The notes under the pieces: model-generated | What the model was told of the DNA's origin: nothing | Databases searched by the model: none | The model's input: only the letters and a program-made list of their open reading frames with translations | Position numbers and translations under genes: made by a program | Assembly: GCA_964508365.1 (NCBI GenBank) | Contig: CAZDTP010000026.1 | Span: 1-49,397 of the forward strand | Direction: 5' to 3' | From: an uncultured archaeon | GTDB lineage: Archaea > Asgardarchaeota > Lokiarchaeia > Sigyniarchaeales > SOKP01 | DNA length: 49,397 nt | Part shown: positions 9,969 to 18,984 of the stretch, piece by piece | Numbering within the stretch: position 1 is the first letter of the stretch | How the letters are laid out: each line of letters begins with the position of its first letter

Positions 9969-11534
9969 ATGCCTTTAAACAAAAAATATTTGTTCAATGA
10001 GCTCCTAACAAAATTTTTATTAATGTATGAAGATGTAGAAGCTTTGATTGTATCCGATCATGAAGGATTTATAATTGCTGGGCAAAAAAGAGCAACTATT
10101 GATATGGAATTAGTATCTGTTTTAACAGCTTTAATCAATCCTATTTTAGGAAGAATTAGAGAAGAATTTGCCTTCAAAAAATTTGGATCAGCGAGTTTTG
10201 ATACCGAAAACAATCGAATGTTGTTTATATGTATTGACGAGGATATAACCCTTAGCGTAGTCTTAGATGCAATGGCTTCTACTGATAAAATTAGCCCCTA
10301 CGCTTACTTTCTTGCAGAGAAAACAGCTCAAATTATTAACGCAAGCGAGGAAGATATTATTCAGCTTGATATACCTCACTTTGGAACGGAGATTGATACT
10401 ACGAGTGAAGTAGGTAGAATAAAAGAACAGATTTATCAAATGCGTTTAGATTCTGGAGGAATTTATAAATTTAAATTTATAATCGTGGGCGATGAAGCTG
10501 TGGGAAAATCTTCAATTGTAAGAAGATTTGTAGAAAATAAATTTTCTCTTGATTATAGGGCTACTCTTGGCTTAAATGTCCTCTCTCATTCATTAAACTT
10601 CTATGGTAATGAAGTCTACTTTTCGCTTTGGGATGTAGGAGCACAGGAGTATTTCAAACGCTTTAGAAAGACTTATTATATAGGCACGCAAGCTGCTTTC
10701 ATTGTGTTCGATGTTTGTAAAAGAGATTCCTTTGCAAATGTGAAAGTATGGTATAAAGAACTTGAAAATTTTCTCCGTAAAAAAAATATCCCAATAGTAA
10801 TTGTAGGCAATAAAATAGATTTAGCAGATCAGAGAAGCGTCGTATATCAAGAGGGTATTGAGCTTGTTCAAGAGCTCACAAAGGAGAATACTGAAACTGA
10901 CTTCTCTTACATTGAAAGTAGCGCATTAACGGGCGAAAATATTGAGGACGCGTTTAGCTTAATAGCATATCATTATATAATGAAGAACAAAGAGAGAGAG
11001 GAGCAAAAATTAAAAACGAACTTAATGGATCAAATCAATTCGTTATTAAATAAAAGAGCAAAATTAACCATCTCTTTTATTACTGAAAACCCATACTGGA
11101 GCCCCGGATTGCAAATACTAAATGATGTGAATTTATTATTTGAGTGTGAAAAACTAATAGATGATAAAGATAAAAGATTGTATGAATACTCCAACGGGCT
11201 AATTATTAAGAATTTTTTATTCGATAACATAGATGTTAAAGATTCTGACGGTGTATTTGTCATATTTAACGCCAGAAATAAAAAGCACATAGAGCAAAAA
11301 TGGAAAGATGTGGTTGTGAACATAATAAGCAATTTAAAAGAAAATAAAGTTGCACTAATTGGCGTGAGAGTATCAGAAGAAACCGATTGGTCAAATATCA
11401 TGGAAGAATTTAATGTTAATCAATATTTAGAGAAGAAAATGGTATCTCTTTTGTTTTTTAAGATTGGTTTCGAGTATAGACTTGAAATATACGATCAACT
11501 TGATGTGATGTTTAGTACAATTACAAACTTATGA
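9969..11534 (+). CDS. Roadblock/LC7 domain plus Rab-like small GTPase plus degenerate GTPase-fold C-terminal domain
   Basis: Roadblock-like VEALIVSDHEGFIIAG; G1 GDEAVGKS, G2 YRATLG, G3 WDVGAQ, G4 GNKID, G5 SSAL; C-terminal ~160 aa follow a GTPase-like strand/helix order. Confidence 0.9.
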   Translation: MPLNKKYLFNELLTKFLLMYEDVEALIVSDHEGFIIAGQKRATIDMELVSVLTALINPILGRIREEFAFKKFGSASFDTENNRMLFICIDEDITLSVVLDAMASTDKISPYAYFLAEKTAQIINASEEDIIQLDIPHFGTEIDTTSEVGRIKEQIYQMRLDSGGIYKFKFIIVGDEAVGKSSIVRRFVENKFSLDYRATLGLNVLSHSLNFYGNEVYFSLWDVGAQEYFKRFRKTYYIGTQAAFIVFDVCKRDSFANVKVWYKELENFLRKKNIPIVIVGNKIDLADQRSVVYQEGIELVQELTKENTETDFSYIESSALTGENIEDAFSLIAYHYIMKNKEREEQKLKTNLMDQINSLLNKRAKLTISFITENPYWSPGLQILNDVNLLFECEKLIDDKDKRLYEYSNGLIIKNFLFDNIDVKDSDGVFVIFNARNKKHIEQKWKDVVVNIISNLKENKVALIGVRVSEETDWSNIMEEFNVNQYLEKKMVSLLFFKIGFEYRLEIYDQLDVMFSTITNL

Positions 11535-11590
11535 AATCTTACATTAAATATTAGTGAAAGTTAGTATAAAAGATTAATAATTTCTAATAA

Positions 11591-11608
11591 CTACTTTTAA
11601 AAGCAAGT
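11591..11608. promoter_or_regulatory. 18-bp motif CTACTTTTAAAAGCAAGT, copy 1 (palindromic core CTTTTAAAAG) upstream of the Rab-like GTPase
   Basis: Identical to 14731-14748. Confidence 0.6.
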
Positions 11609-11733
11609 CAAATTATTACATATTTTAAGAAATTAGCATGTTTTTCTTGAAATTAACAAAAATTTAAATAATTTTTGTCTATTATTTTATCACACCTCTG
11701 TATTGAAATTAACAGTGAAAAAAGTTGAGTCCT

Positions 11734-12267
11734 ATGGGAGAAATAGCTTATAAAATATGTATATTTGGAGAAAGTGGAGTAGGAAAATCTACTTTAGCAC
11801 ATCGTTATTTAAAAGGTTATTTCGAAGAGGACATAAAACTTACGATGGGTGCTGAAATTTTTGTGAAATATATCAATATAGAGAATATAAGAGTGGTTCT
11901 GCAAATTTGGGATTTTGGGGGTGAAGATGAATTTAAATTCCTATTACCTTTGTACTCTAAGGGATCATCTGGTGGAATTTTCATGTTTGATCTGAGTAAT
12001 AAAGCGCCATTAAAAAATATTGATGGCTGGATCGAGACTTTTAAGAAAGGTTTAGCATCTAGTGAAAAAGAAATTCCAATATTAATGGTTGGGGGGAAAT
12101 TAGATCTGCAAGATCAAATTGCCATAACTGAAAGCGAAGCAGTAAGCATCGCGAAAGATCTTAATCTGTATCAATATATCGCATGTTCTTCTAAGTCAGG
12201 TGTAAATGTTGAAATTATTTTTGAAACATTAGTAAGAGACATTTTGAGATTTCAGAATTTAATCTAA
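11734..12267 (+). CDS. Rab-like small GTPase, single domain, no prenylation motif
   Basis: G1 GESGVGKS, G2 KLTMG, G3 WDFGGE, G4 variant GGKLD, G5 CSSK; ATG 11734 preferred over TTG 11725. Confidence 0.93.
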   Translation: MGEIAYKICIFGESGVGKSTLAHRYLKGYFEEDIKLTMGAEIFVKYINIENIRVVLQIWDFGGEDEFKFLLPLYSKGSSGGIFMFDLSNKAPLKNIDGWIETFKKGLASSEKEIPILMVGGKLDLQDQIAITESEAVSIAKDLNLYQYIACSSKSGVNVEIIFETLVRDILRFQNLI

Positions 12268-12361
12268 ATAATTAAATATTTCGCATTAATATTACACTTG
12301 AATTTGATAGCTTTTTTGCACCTATAAAAACTATTTGAGACTTTATTTAATGAGATAACAA

Positions 12362-13495
12362 ATGTTTGCACAAATTGAATATGGTAAAGAACTACAGTTT
12401 CTAGCTTATTTAGTTCCGGTTATAATGGGTATTCAATTAACTATTTATTTTTATACACAATATAAGAAACTTAAAGATAAGGATCTTCCGCTCAATATTA
12501 TTTTATTAGCATTTGGTTCGTTTATTTTATTCATGGTTATTGGTGCTTTATTTATTCAAATTGCGAGAAATTTTATTGTGAATGAGACCATTTATGAAAT
12601 AGTTTATAGAATTGGTTGGGTATTAGCTTTTTTTTCTACGATATCTTTTTCAAGATTCATTATCCTTGAGGAGTTTAATTTAATTATTAATCTAAAAGTT
12701 GCGAAAACTTTAGTGATACTAAATTTTATACCAATTTTTTGCGTTTTTATTTTACCCTCATTACAGTCTCCAATCTTTATTGGAAGTATTTTTTTTGTCG
12801 TATTGAATGGTTTATATATAATTAGATTTCAAATAATATTGATCCAAAAATCAATAGGAAGGATAAGAACAAAAATTAGATTTTTTTTCATTGGAGCTTT
12901 GATTAGTCTCATTGCATTAGTTTTTGCTATAATTGTGGGATTACGCTTTTTACCTCCAATTATTAATGAAATTGTGTATTTTACAGGAGTACTGAATCTA
13001 TTTATAGGTTTCTTGATAATTTATTTTTCAGTTTACAATTTTCCACCTTTTTATGAATTTGAGTGGCGTGAGAATCTTATTAAACTTTTTATTTTTAACC
13101 CCAAAGATTTTAAGAGCTTATATCATTTGGATTTAGTTCAAAATTCTCATACAAATAATTATGCCGAAAATATTGATAGGCTTTTTTCAAAAGGAATATC
13201 TGGAATTGAAAAAATAATTACTAGAATTACTAATACAAAGACAGAGAGAATAGATAAGATACAGCAAGACGATTTTCTAATAATGTTTGAGTATGGAAAT
13301 GTTCCTATTTCATTAATTTATGTTTTAATTGTTAAAAAGGATTTAATTAGTTCAAAACATTTATTAAAAATCATTAGAATACGATTTGAATCATTTTTCA
13401 AGGAAATATTATTAAATTTAGATAATATAGAGGAAGATCAAGAAAAAATATTTATTAGCTTTAATAATATAATGGAAAATATATTACGAGGATGA
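12362..13495 (+). CDS. 7-TM membrane protein with C-terminal soluble longin-like domain
   Basis: Seven hydrophobic segments in aa ~11-225, then FPPFYEFEW and a soluble domain (LFIFN...LFSKGISGI...IDKIQQDDFLIMFEYG...IYVLIVKK...RFESFF). Confidence 0.75.
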   Translation: MFAQIEYGKELQFLAYLVPVIMGIQLTIYFYTQYKKLKDKDLPLNIILLAFGSFILFMVIGALFIQIARNFIVNETIYEIVYRIGWVLAFFSTISFSRFIILEEFNLIINLKVAKTLVILNFIPIFCVFILPSLQSPIFIGSIFFVVLNGLYIIRFQIILIQKSIGRIRTKIRFFFIGALISLIALVFAIIVGLRFLPPIINEIVYFTGVLNLFIGFLIIYFSVYNFPPFYEFEWRENLIKLFIFNPKDFKSLYHLDLVQNSHTNNYAENIDRLFSKGISGIEKIITRITNTKTERIDKIQQDDFLIMFEYGNVPISLIYVLIVKKDLISSKHLLKIIRIRFESFFKEILLNLDNIEEDQEKIFISFNNIMENILRG

Positions 13496-13532
13496 TGAAA
13501 TTATTTTTCCTATAACCGATCCACTAAGATTT

Positions 13533-14609
13533 GTGTCTTTAATATTGGAATGGATTTTTATCATTTTGTGTTTTGAATTAGGATTATATTTTCAAATAAA
13601 ACATAAAAAGCAACCAGTGCAGATTAAAAATTCACAAAATGTTGGATTTTCCGCGCTATTTTATGGAATTTCACTTTTGAGATTCTTTATATTAATAGGG
13701 GATTATTATGCTATTGGAACGATAACTTCCCCGTTTTTAATTTGGTCAAGTGGGAGTTTTAGATTTGTATTTTTAAATTTTGGATATTTATCAATAAATT
13801 TTGGTTTCTTACTGTTTACTTTTTGTATGGAAAAATATAAAAAATTCTTTTTCAAAAAATATTTTTTCACTTTTTGCTTTTTAATACAAATTTTTATTCT
13901 CATTTCTATGGTTTTAATCGATCTTTTTAGTATTCTTTATCTATCAGTTTTATTATTACCGCTTTTCATCATATTTCTGCTTATCTATGCTATAGATTTT
14001 GATAAACAAGGTAAAAAACAAAAGATACTTCCTAACATTGGTTTGAAAATGGGATTCTCAATTCTACTTATGTTATCTGGTCATATACTTACAATAGATT
14101 TTGTTTGGTATTATTATGGATTCATAACTAGATTAACCGGAATTAGTATGCAGCTTATCGCGATTGGTTTGATTTTTAAAATGTTCAGAAATGTTTTTCC
14201 CTTTTTTGAATTTAACTGGCACGATAAAATCGAAAATATATATATTTTGAATAGAAATGGGATTAATCTATATAGCAAATCTTTTTTAGAAGAAAGAAAA
14301 ACTATCGATGAACAGGTCATATCTGGAGCATTATCATCAATAAATATTATGCTTAATGAATTAATGAATACCAAAGAAAATAAAATTTTGATCATTAAGA
14401 AAAAGAATAAAATAGTAACTATTTTTGCAAGTGTTTATATTATTGGTGTATTAATTAGCACAGAGGAACTAGAATTTTTTAAGCATAACATTAAGAGATT
14501 AGTTTTAAAAATTGAAACACTCTATAGAAACCTGCTAATCAATTGGAATGGAGATAGAACCCAATTTTATCCAGTAAAGGATATTGTGACTGATATCTTT
14601 TCAATGTGA
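13533..14609 (+). CDS. 7-TM membrane protein with C-terminal longin-like domain (paralog of the upstream gene)
   Basis: Seven hydrophobic segments, then FPFFEFNW and a longin-like pattern IYILNRNGINLYSKSF...DEQVISGALSSI...IGVLIS...IETLY...NWNGD. Confidence 0.8.
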   Translation: MSLILEWIFIILCFELGLYFQIKHKKQPVQIKNSQNVGFSALFYGISLLRFFILIGDYYAIGTITSPFLIWSSGSFRFVFLNFGYLSINFGFLLFTFCMEKYKKFFFKKYFFTFCFLIQIFILISMVLIDLFSILYLSVLLLPLFIIFLLIYAIDFDKQGKKQKILPNIGLKMGFSILLMLSGHILTIDFVWYYYGFITRLTGISMQLIAIGLIFKMFRNVFPFFEFNWHDKIENIYILNRNGINLYSKSFLEERKTIDEQVISGALSSINIMLNELMNTKENKILIIKKKNKIVTIFASVYIIGVLISTEELEFFKHNIKRLVLKIETLYRNLLINWNGDRTQFYPVKDIVTDIFSM

Positions 14610-14730
14610 ATAGATTTTTTCTAATTCTTTCTTTGAAATCTACGACCAAATTGAAGTAATGTTTAATTCTATCATAAACCTCTAAACTTTTCCCAAATTT
14701 TGTAAACTAAAACTTTATAAATTGAAAAAG

Positions 14731-14748
14731 CTACTTTTAAAAGCAAGT
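14731..14748. promoter_or_regulatory. 18-bp motif CTACTTTTAAAAGCAAGT, copy 2 upstream of the second roadblock-GTPase
   Basis: Identical to 11591-11608. Confidence 0.6.
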
Positions 14749-14813
14749 TGTGTTATATTTATGATAAGACGAAGTTTTTCTTTGTCTAAACCAAAAAAAG
14801 GTGTAAAATTCAA

Positions 14814-16370
14814 TTGTTAGGAAACAAGCAAAAGTTTTTTAACGTTATCCTTAATAATTTCTTGGAGCGGTTTTCCGAAATAGATGCTATTATTATCTCA
14901 GATCTTGAAGGTTTCGTGATCGCTGGAGAAAAAAGGAAGGATATTGATAGTAACATCGAGATCATCTCTGTTCTAACAACCCTTATTAACCCTATTTTAG
15001 AAAGGATAAGAAATGAATTCAGTTTCAAGAAATTCGGAACTGCTTCGTTCGACACGGATGAACATCGCTTATTGTTTATTACAATAGACGAAGAAAGAAT
15101 TTTAAGCTTAATTTTTAATAGCATGGCATCAGTTGAAAAAGTGGCACCCTATACCTATTTTTTAGCCGAGAAAACTGCTCAAATACTTAACATGCAAGGG
15201 AATGAATTAGTCCAGCTAGATATCCCCGATTTTGATTCTGAAGCAGAAAGGCATGAAAAACTTAAAGAATCTATATGTCAATCAGAATTAGATGAGTGTG
15301 CTAATTATACCTTTAAATTTATTATCGTAGGATCACACGAGGTAGGAAAAACTTCTTTAATCCGACAATTCGTAGAAAAAAAGTTTTCGCACGATTACCG
15401 AGCAACTATAGGATTAAATATTTTTGCTCATAACTTTAACTTTCAAGGAAACGAAATTCATGTCCAGCTCTGGGATATAGGCGCGCAGCAATATTTTAAA
15501 AGATTTCGCAAGATATACTACAGCGGTGCAGAAGCGGCTTTTATTGTTTTTGATATTACTAATAGAGAATCATTTGATAAAATCAAAGTGTGGCATGGAG
15601 AGATAAATAAGCTCATTGATGAGAAAAATATCCCTATAGTTATCGTGGGAAATAAAATCGATTTATCTGAGCAACGAGTAGTATCCACAGCTGAGGGAGA
15701 GGAATTAGCGAAATTACTTTCAGAAACCTACTTAGAAACCAGCGCTCTTACTGGTGAAAATGTGATTGACGCTTTTGAATTAATTGCTTACCACTATATC
15801 ATTAAAACCAAAAAAAAGGAAAAAGATGTAATTCGAGAAGATTTAACCAAAGCTATTCTCTCAACCTTAAAAGAACTAGTTATTTTAGAATTAACATTCA
15901 TATCTGAAAATATGAGTTTGAATCCAGGTTTCCAAACAGTAATTAATCTAGAGAACCTCGGTGAATATTCAAAACTAAAGGATGGCAATGAAGAAAAATT
16001 ATATACTTATAAGAACGGTCTAATCTTAAGTAGTTTTACCTATAATAATTTTAATTTAGCTAATTCGGACGGAGTATTCTGCATATTCGACGCTCGCGAT
16101 AGAGAACACATTGATCCTAAATGGAAGGATATACTCATTAATATAATTAGAAAAGTGAGAAAGAAACGCGCTGTAATTGTAGGTATTCGAGTATCTGACG
16201 ACAAAAACTGGTCTCAGTTAATGGAAGAATTTTTAATCGATAAGGATATAGAAGAGAAGGTTGTGTCGGTTCTATTCTTAAAAATTGGTCCAGACTATAG
16301 AGAAAAAATATACGAACATTTGAAACTAATGCTAGATGTTATACTTACCACGAGAAAATTAAAATATTAG
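14814..16370 (+). CDS. Roadblock plus Rab-like GTPase plus degenerate GTPase-fold protein, paralog of 9969-11534
   Basis: IDAIIISDLEGFVIAG; GSHEVGKT, YRATIG, WDIGAQ, GNKID, TSAL; collinear with the first paralog over the full length. Confidence 0.9.
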   Translation: MLGNKQKFFNVILNNFLERFSEIDAIIISDLEGFVIAGEKRKDIDSNIEIISVLTTLINPILERIRNEFSFKKFGTASFDTDEHRLLFITIDEERILSLIFNSMASVEKVAPYTYFLAEKTAQILNMQGNELVQLDIPDFDSEAERHEKLKESICQSELDECANYTFKFIIVGSHEVGKTSLIRQFVEKKFSHDYRATIGLNIFAHNFNFQGNEIHVQLWDIGAQQYFKRFRKIYYSGAEAAFIVFDITNRESFDKIKVWHGEINKLIDEKNIPIVIVGNKIDLSEQRVVSTAEGEELAKLLSETYLETSALTGENVIDAFELIAYHYIIKTKKKEKDVIREDLTKAILSTLKELVILELTFISENMSLNPGFQTVINLENLGEYSKLKDGNEEKLYTYKNGLILSSFTYNNFNLANSDGVFCIFDARDREHIDPKWKDILINIIRKVRKKRAVIVGIRVSDDKNWSQLMEEFLIDKDIEEKVVSVLFLKIGPDYREKIYEHLKLMLDVILTTRKLKY

Positions 16371-16374
16371 ATTT

Positions 16375-17439
16375 TTACGCTTTTAGCTTATTTTTAAGTT
16401 TAACAGAAATTAGATCACCCATTTCTGTCGTGGTAAGTGTTTTTAAGCTATCATTTTTAATGTCAGTAGTCCTTCCTTCTAATAAAGCCTCTTCAACAGC
16501 ATAATCTATATCATTTCCTATTTCGGATGAATTAAACGATTCTTCGAACATTAATTTTACGCTTAAAATCGTGCCTATAGGATTTGCAATTCCTTTTCCA
16601 GCAATATCGGGGGCTGAACCATGAATTGGTTCGTACATTGACACTTTTCCGGGATGAATGTTTCCACTTGAGCCCATTCCCAGACTTCCTATAAGGAAAG
16701 CGCCTTCGTCGCTAATAATATCTCCAAACATATTTCCTGTGACTACCGTTTGAAATCTATAGGGTGCTCTTATTAGCCACTGGGTAAATGCATCAATGTA
16801 TATATCTTCCGTTTCTATGTTTGAATAGTTTCCACTCATTTCGTGAAAAATTTTTCTCCATAATTTACTTGTATACAAAAGATTAGCCTTATCAACGGAG
16901 GTAACAATTTTATGGCTCTTTCTTTTTGCAAACTCAAACGCAAATTTAATTATCCGCTCGCAACCGTATCTGGTGTAAAGCATTAAGTTCTCTGCTGAAT
17001 CTTCTCCCAAATTACCAATATTCTTATAAAGCCCTTCAGTATTTTCCCTCACAAAAGTAATGTCAATACCACTTCCTATAAACTCGCTTTTTAAAGGACA
17101 TTTTTCGCGAAGTACATCATATAATTTAATGGGTCTCAAATTAATATACAAATCTAATTCTTGCCGTATTTTCATAATAGCACTTTCTGCTACACCAGGG
17201 GATAAATCAGGCAAACCAAGAGCACCAAACAATAGTGCATCAGAATTTTTTATGACTTCAAACGATTTGTCTGGAAGGTTAGTTCCAAATTCTTTCCACA
17301 CTTCTCCTCCTGCTGGCGCGTCTTTAAATTCAAAATCATAATCAGTGAACTCTGAAACGATCTTGAGAATTTTAATTCCTTCGTTCACAACTTCGGGGCC
17401 GCAGCCATCACCACGAGTGATTGCTATTATTTTCTTCAT
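16375..17439 (-). CDS. leuB: 3-isopropylmalate dehydrogenase-family (beta-hydroxyacid oxidative decarboxylase)
   Basis: GDGCGPEV, LYINLRP, RENTEGLY, NMFGDIISD, EPIHGSAPDIAGKG. Family is secure; LeuB versus homoisocitrate-type specificity is not. Confidence 0.8.
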   Translation of the reverse strand: MKKIIAITRGDGCGPEVVNEGIKILKIVSEFTDYDFEFKDAPAGGEVWKEFGTNLPDKSFEVIKNSDALLFGALGLPDLSPGVAESAIMKIRQELDLYINLRPIKLYDVLREKCPLKSEFIGSGIDITFVRENTEGLYKNIGNLGEDSAENLMLYTRYGCERIIKFAFEFAKRKSHKIVTSVDKANLLYTSKLWRKIFHEMSGNYSNIETEDIYIDAFTQWLIRAPYRFQTVVTGNMFGDIISDEGAFLIGSLGMGSSGNIHPGKVSMYEPIHGSAPDIAGKGIANPIGTILSVKLMFEESFNSSEIGNDIDYAVEEALLEGRTTDIKNDSLKTLTTTEMGDLISVKLKNKLKA

Positions 17440-17610
17440 ACCGATTATTTATTATATTTTTAAAAGTTTACTCAGTATTTATATTAAAATTAGAAAAGAA
17501 AAAAATAAAGTTAATTAATTAAAAAAAAGAATAGATAAATAGAAAGAATTTGATTATAATTCACGAGCTAAGAATGTATAGAGTGAGATTTCTAATAAAA
17601 ATAATTAAGA

Positions 17611-18192
17611 ATGAGAGAAATGGAAATAAGTGTTAAGCCTTTGAGTTCTAAGTTAATTGAAGACTTCCTAAATTTTTTCGACAATATAGCCTTTACAGAT
17701 AATCCCGATTGGTCTAAATGCTACTGCCAATTTTATCATTTCACTAGAAGCATTAAAAAATGGAAAAAAACCACAAAGGAACAGAATCGGAATTCAGCGA
17801 AAACATTAATCGAGAGGGAAAAGATGAATGGATTTTTAGCATTCATAGACAATGAACCCGTAGGATGGTGCAATGTCAATTCAAAAGATGTGTATGATAA
17901 ACTTCCTGTTGATAGCAAGTCTAAAGATACTCTGGAAGGAAAAGTAGCTTCTATAGTATGTTTTTTAATAGCTCCTGCTCACAGGAAAAAAGGTATAGCT
18001 CGAAAGCTATTAAAACAAGCTACTAAAACTTTAAAAGAAAGAGGATTCGCTTGGATTGAAGCCTACCCAAGAAAGGGTGATTTATCAGATGCTCACAGTT
18101 ATCACGGTCCGGTATCTTTATTCACATCTGAGGGTTTTTCAATTGTGAAAGAGACCGAAGATTTCTTTATGATGCGAAAATCTTTATTCTAA
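17611..18192 (+). CDS. GNAT-family acetyltransferase
   Basis: Motif A CFLIAPAHRKKGIA; IEAYP. Confidence 0.85.
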   Translation: MREMEISVKPLSSKLIEDFLNFFDNIAFTDNPDWSKCYCQFYHFTRSIKKWKKTTKEQNRNSAKTLIEREKMNGFLAFIDNEPVGWCNVNSKDVYDKLPVDSKSKDTLEGKVASIVCFLIAPAHRKKGIARKLLKQATKTLKERGFAWIEAYPRKGDLSDAHSYHGPVSLFTSEGFSIVKETEDFFMMRKSLF

Positions 18193-18364
18193 AACCATTA
18201 AAATACGCTTTAATATTTGAAAAAATTTAATTTTCAATTTCTTTTTGTTAATAATCTTCTTATAAAAAAATTTTCAAAAATAGGATATTTATGGTGCTAA
18301 GTTATATTTATATGGGATTTGGGCGATCGAAATATTTAAATATTCGTGCGATTTTATGTAATAT

Positions 18365-18395
18365 AAAGATTGTCAATAATCAATTGACATCTTTT
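18365..18395. promoter_or_regulatory. Inverted repeat TGTCAAT-N5-ATTGACA upstream of hsp20 (candidate operator)
   Basis: Arms at 18371-18377 and 18383-18389, extended by AAAGA/TCTTT with a 1-nt bulge. Confidence 0.5.
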
Positions 18396-18426
18396 AATTA
18401 ACAAAAAAAAAAAAGAGGTATGAGGT

Positions 18427-18984
18427 ATGTCCGACAAAGAAAAAATTGAAATTACGAAAAAAGAAAAATCACCTGAAAAAATAATGGATGATAAAAAAGC
18501 AAGAGAAATAACTGTAAGGCGTGAAAGCCCATTTTCCTTATTTCAAGAAATGGATCGCATGTTTGATGATGTTTTCAATAACACTTTCTGGCCTTTTAGT
18601 CGAAAGAGATACAGTCCATTTAATTTAGTGGTACGCGATGATGAACCTATTTTCCGAACACCTTTAGCGAATATCCATGAAGCAGAAAACCATTTTAATA
18701 TTACAGCTGAATTACCCGGAATAAACAAGGGTGATATTGAATTGACAATTCAAGATGGAATGCTCGAGATTAAAGGAGAAACTAAAGAGGAAAAAACAGA
18801 GGAACATAAGGGACAATTAGTTAGGCGTGAATACCGATCTTCCAAGTACTATCGGGCTTTTAATTTACCGGAGCATATTAATGAGAATAACATCGAAGCA
18901 AACTTAGAAAAAGGAATTCTAAACATAAAAATTCCAAAAATAAAACCTAAAGAACCAGAAAAGAAAAAGATTGAAATTCAATAA
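18427..18984 (+). CDS. hsp20: Small heat-shock protein, Hsp20/alpha-crystallin family
   Basis: ITAELPGINKGDIEL, FNLPE, ANLEKGILNIKIPK and C-terminal IEI (IxI) motif; AGAGGT RBS-like sequence. Confidence 0.95.
   Translation: MSDKEKIEITKKEKSPEKIMDDKKAREITVRRESPFSLFQEMDRMFDDVFNNTFWPFSRKRYSPFNLVVRDDEPIFRTPLANIHEAENHFNITAELPGINKGDIELTIQDGMLEIKGETKEEKTEEHKGQLVRREYRSSKYYRAFNLPEHINENNIEANLEKGILNIKIPKIKPKEPEKKKIEIQ

Noticed and set aside
9969-11534. Calling the roadblock-GTPase fusions Rag/Gtr GTPases
   Set aside because: Rags have the roadblock C-terminal to the GTPase and different G motifs; here the roadblock is N-terminal and the G domain is Rab-like.
13493-13498. Tandem TGA TGA after the first 7TM gene as selenocysteine readthrough fusing the two membrane proteins
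   Set aside because: The next gene is in a different frame, the context is not a redox motif, and no SECIS-like hairpin was seen.
12362-14609. Calling the 7TM proteins GPCRs or rhodopsins
   Set aside because: No DRY/NPxxY motifs and no retinal-binding Lys in helix 7 were seen; seven helices alone do not show homology.
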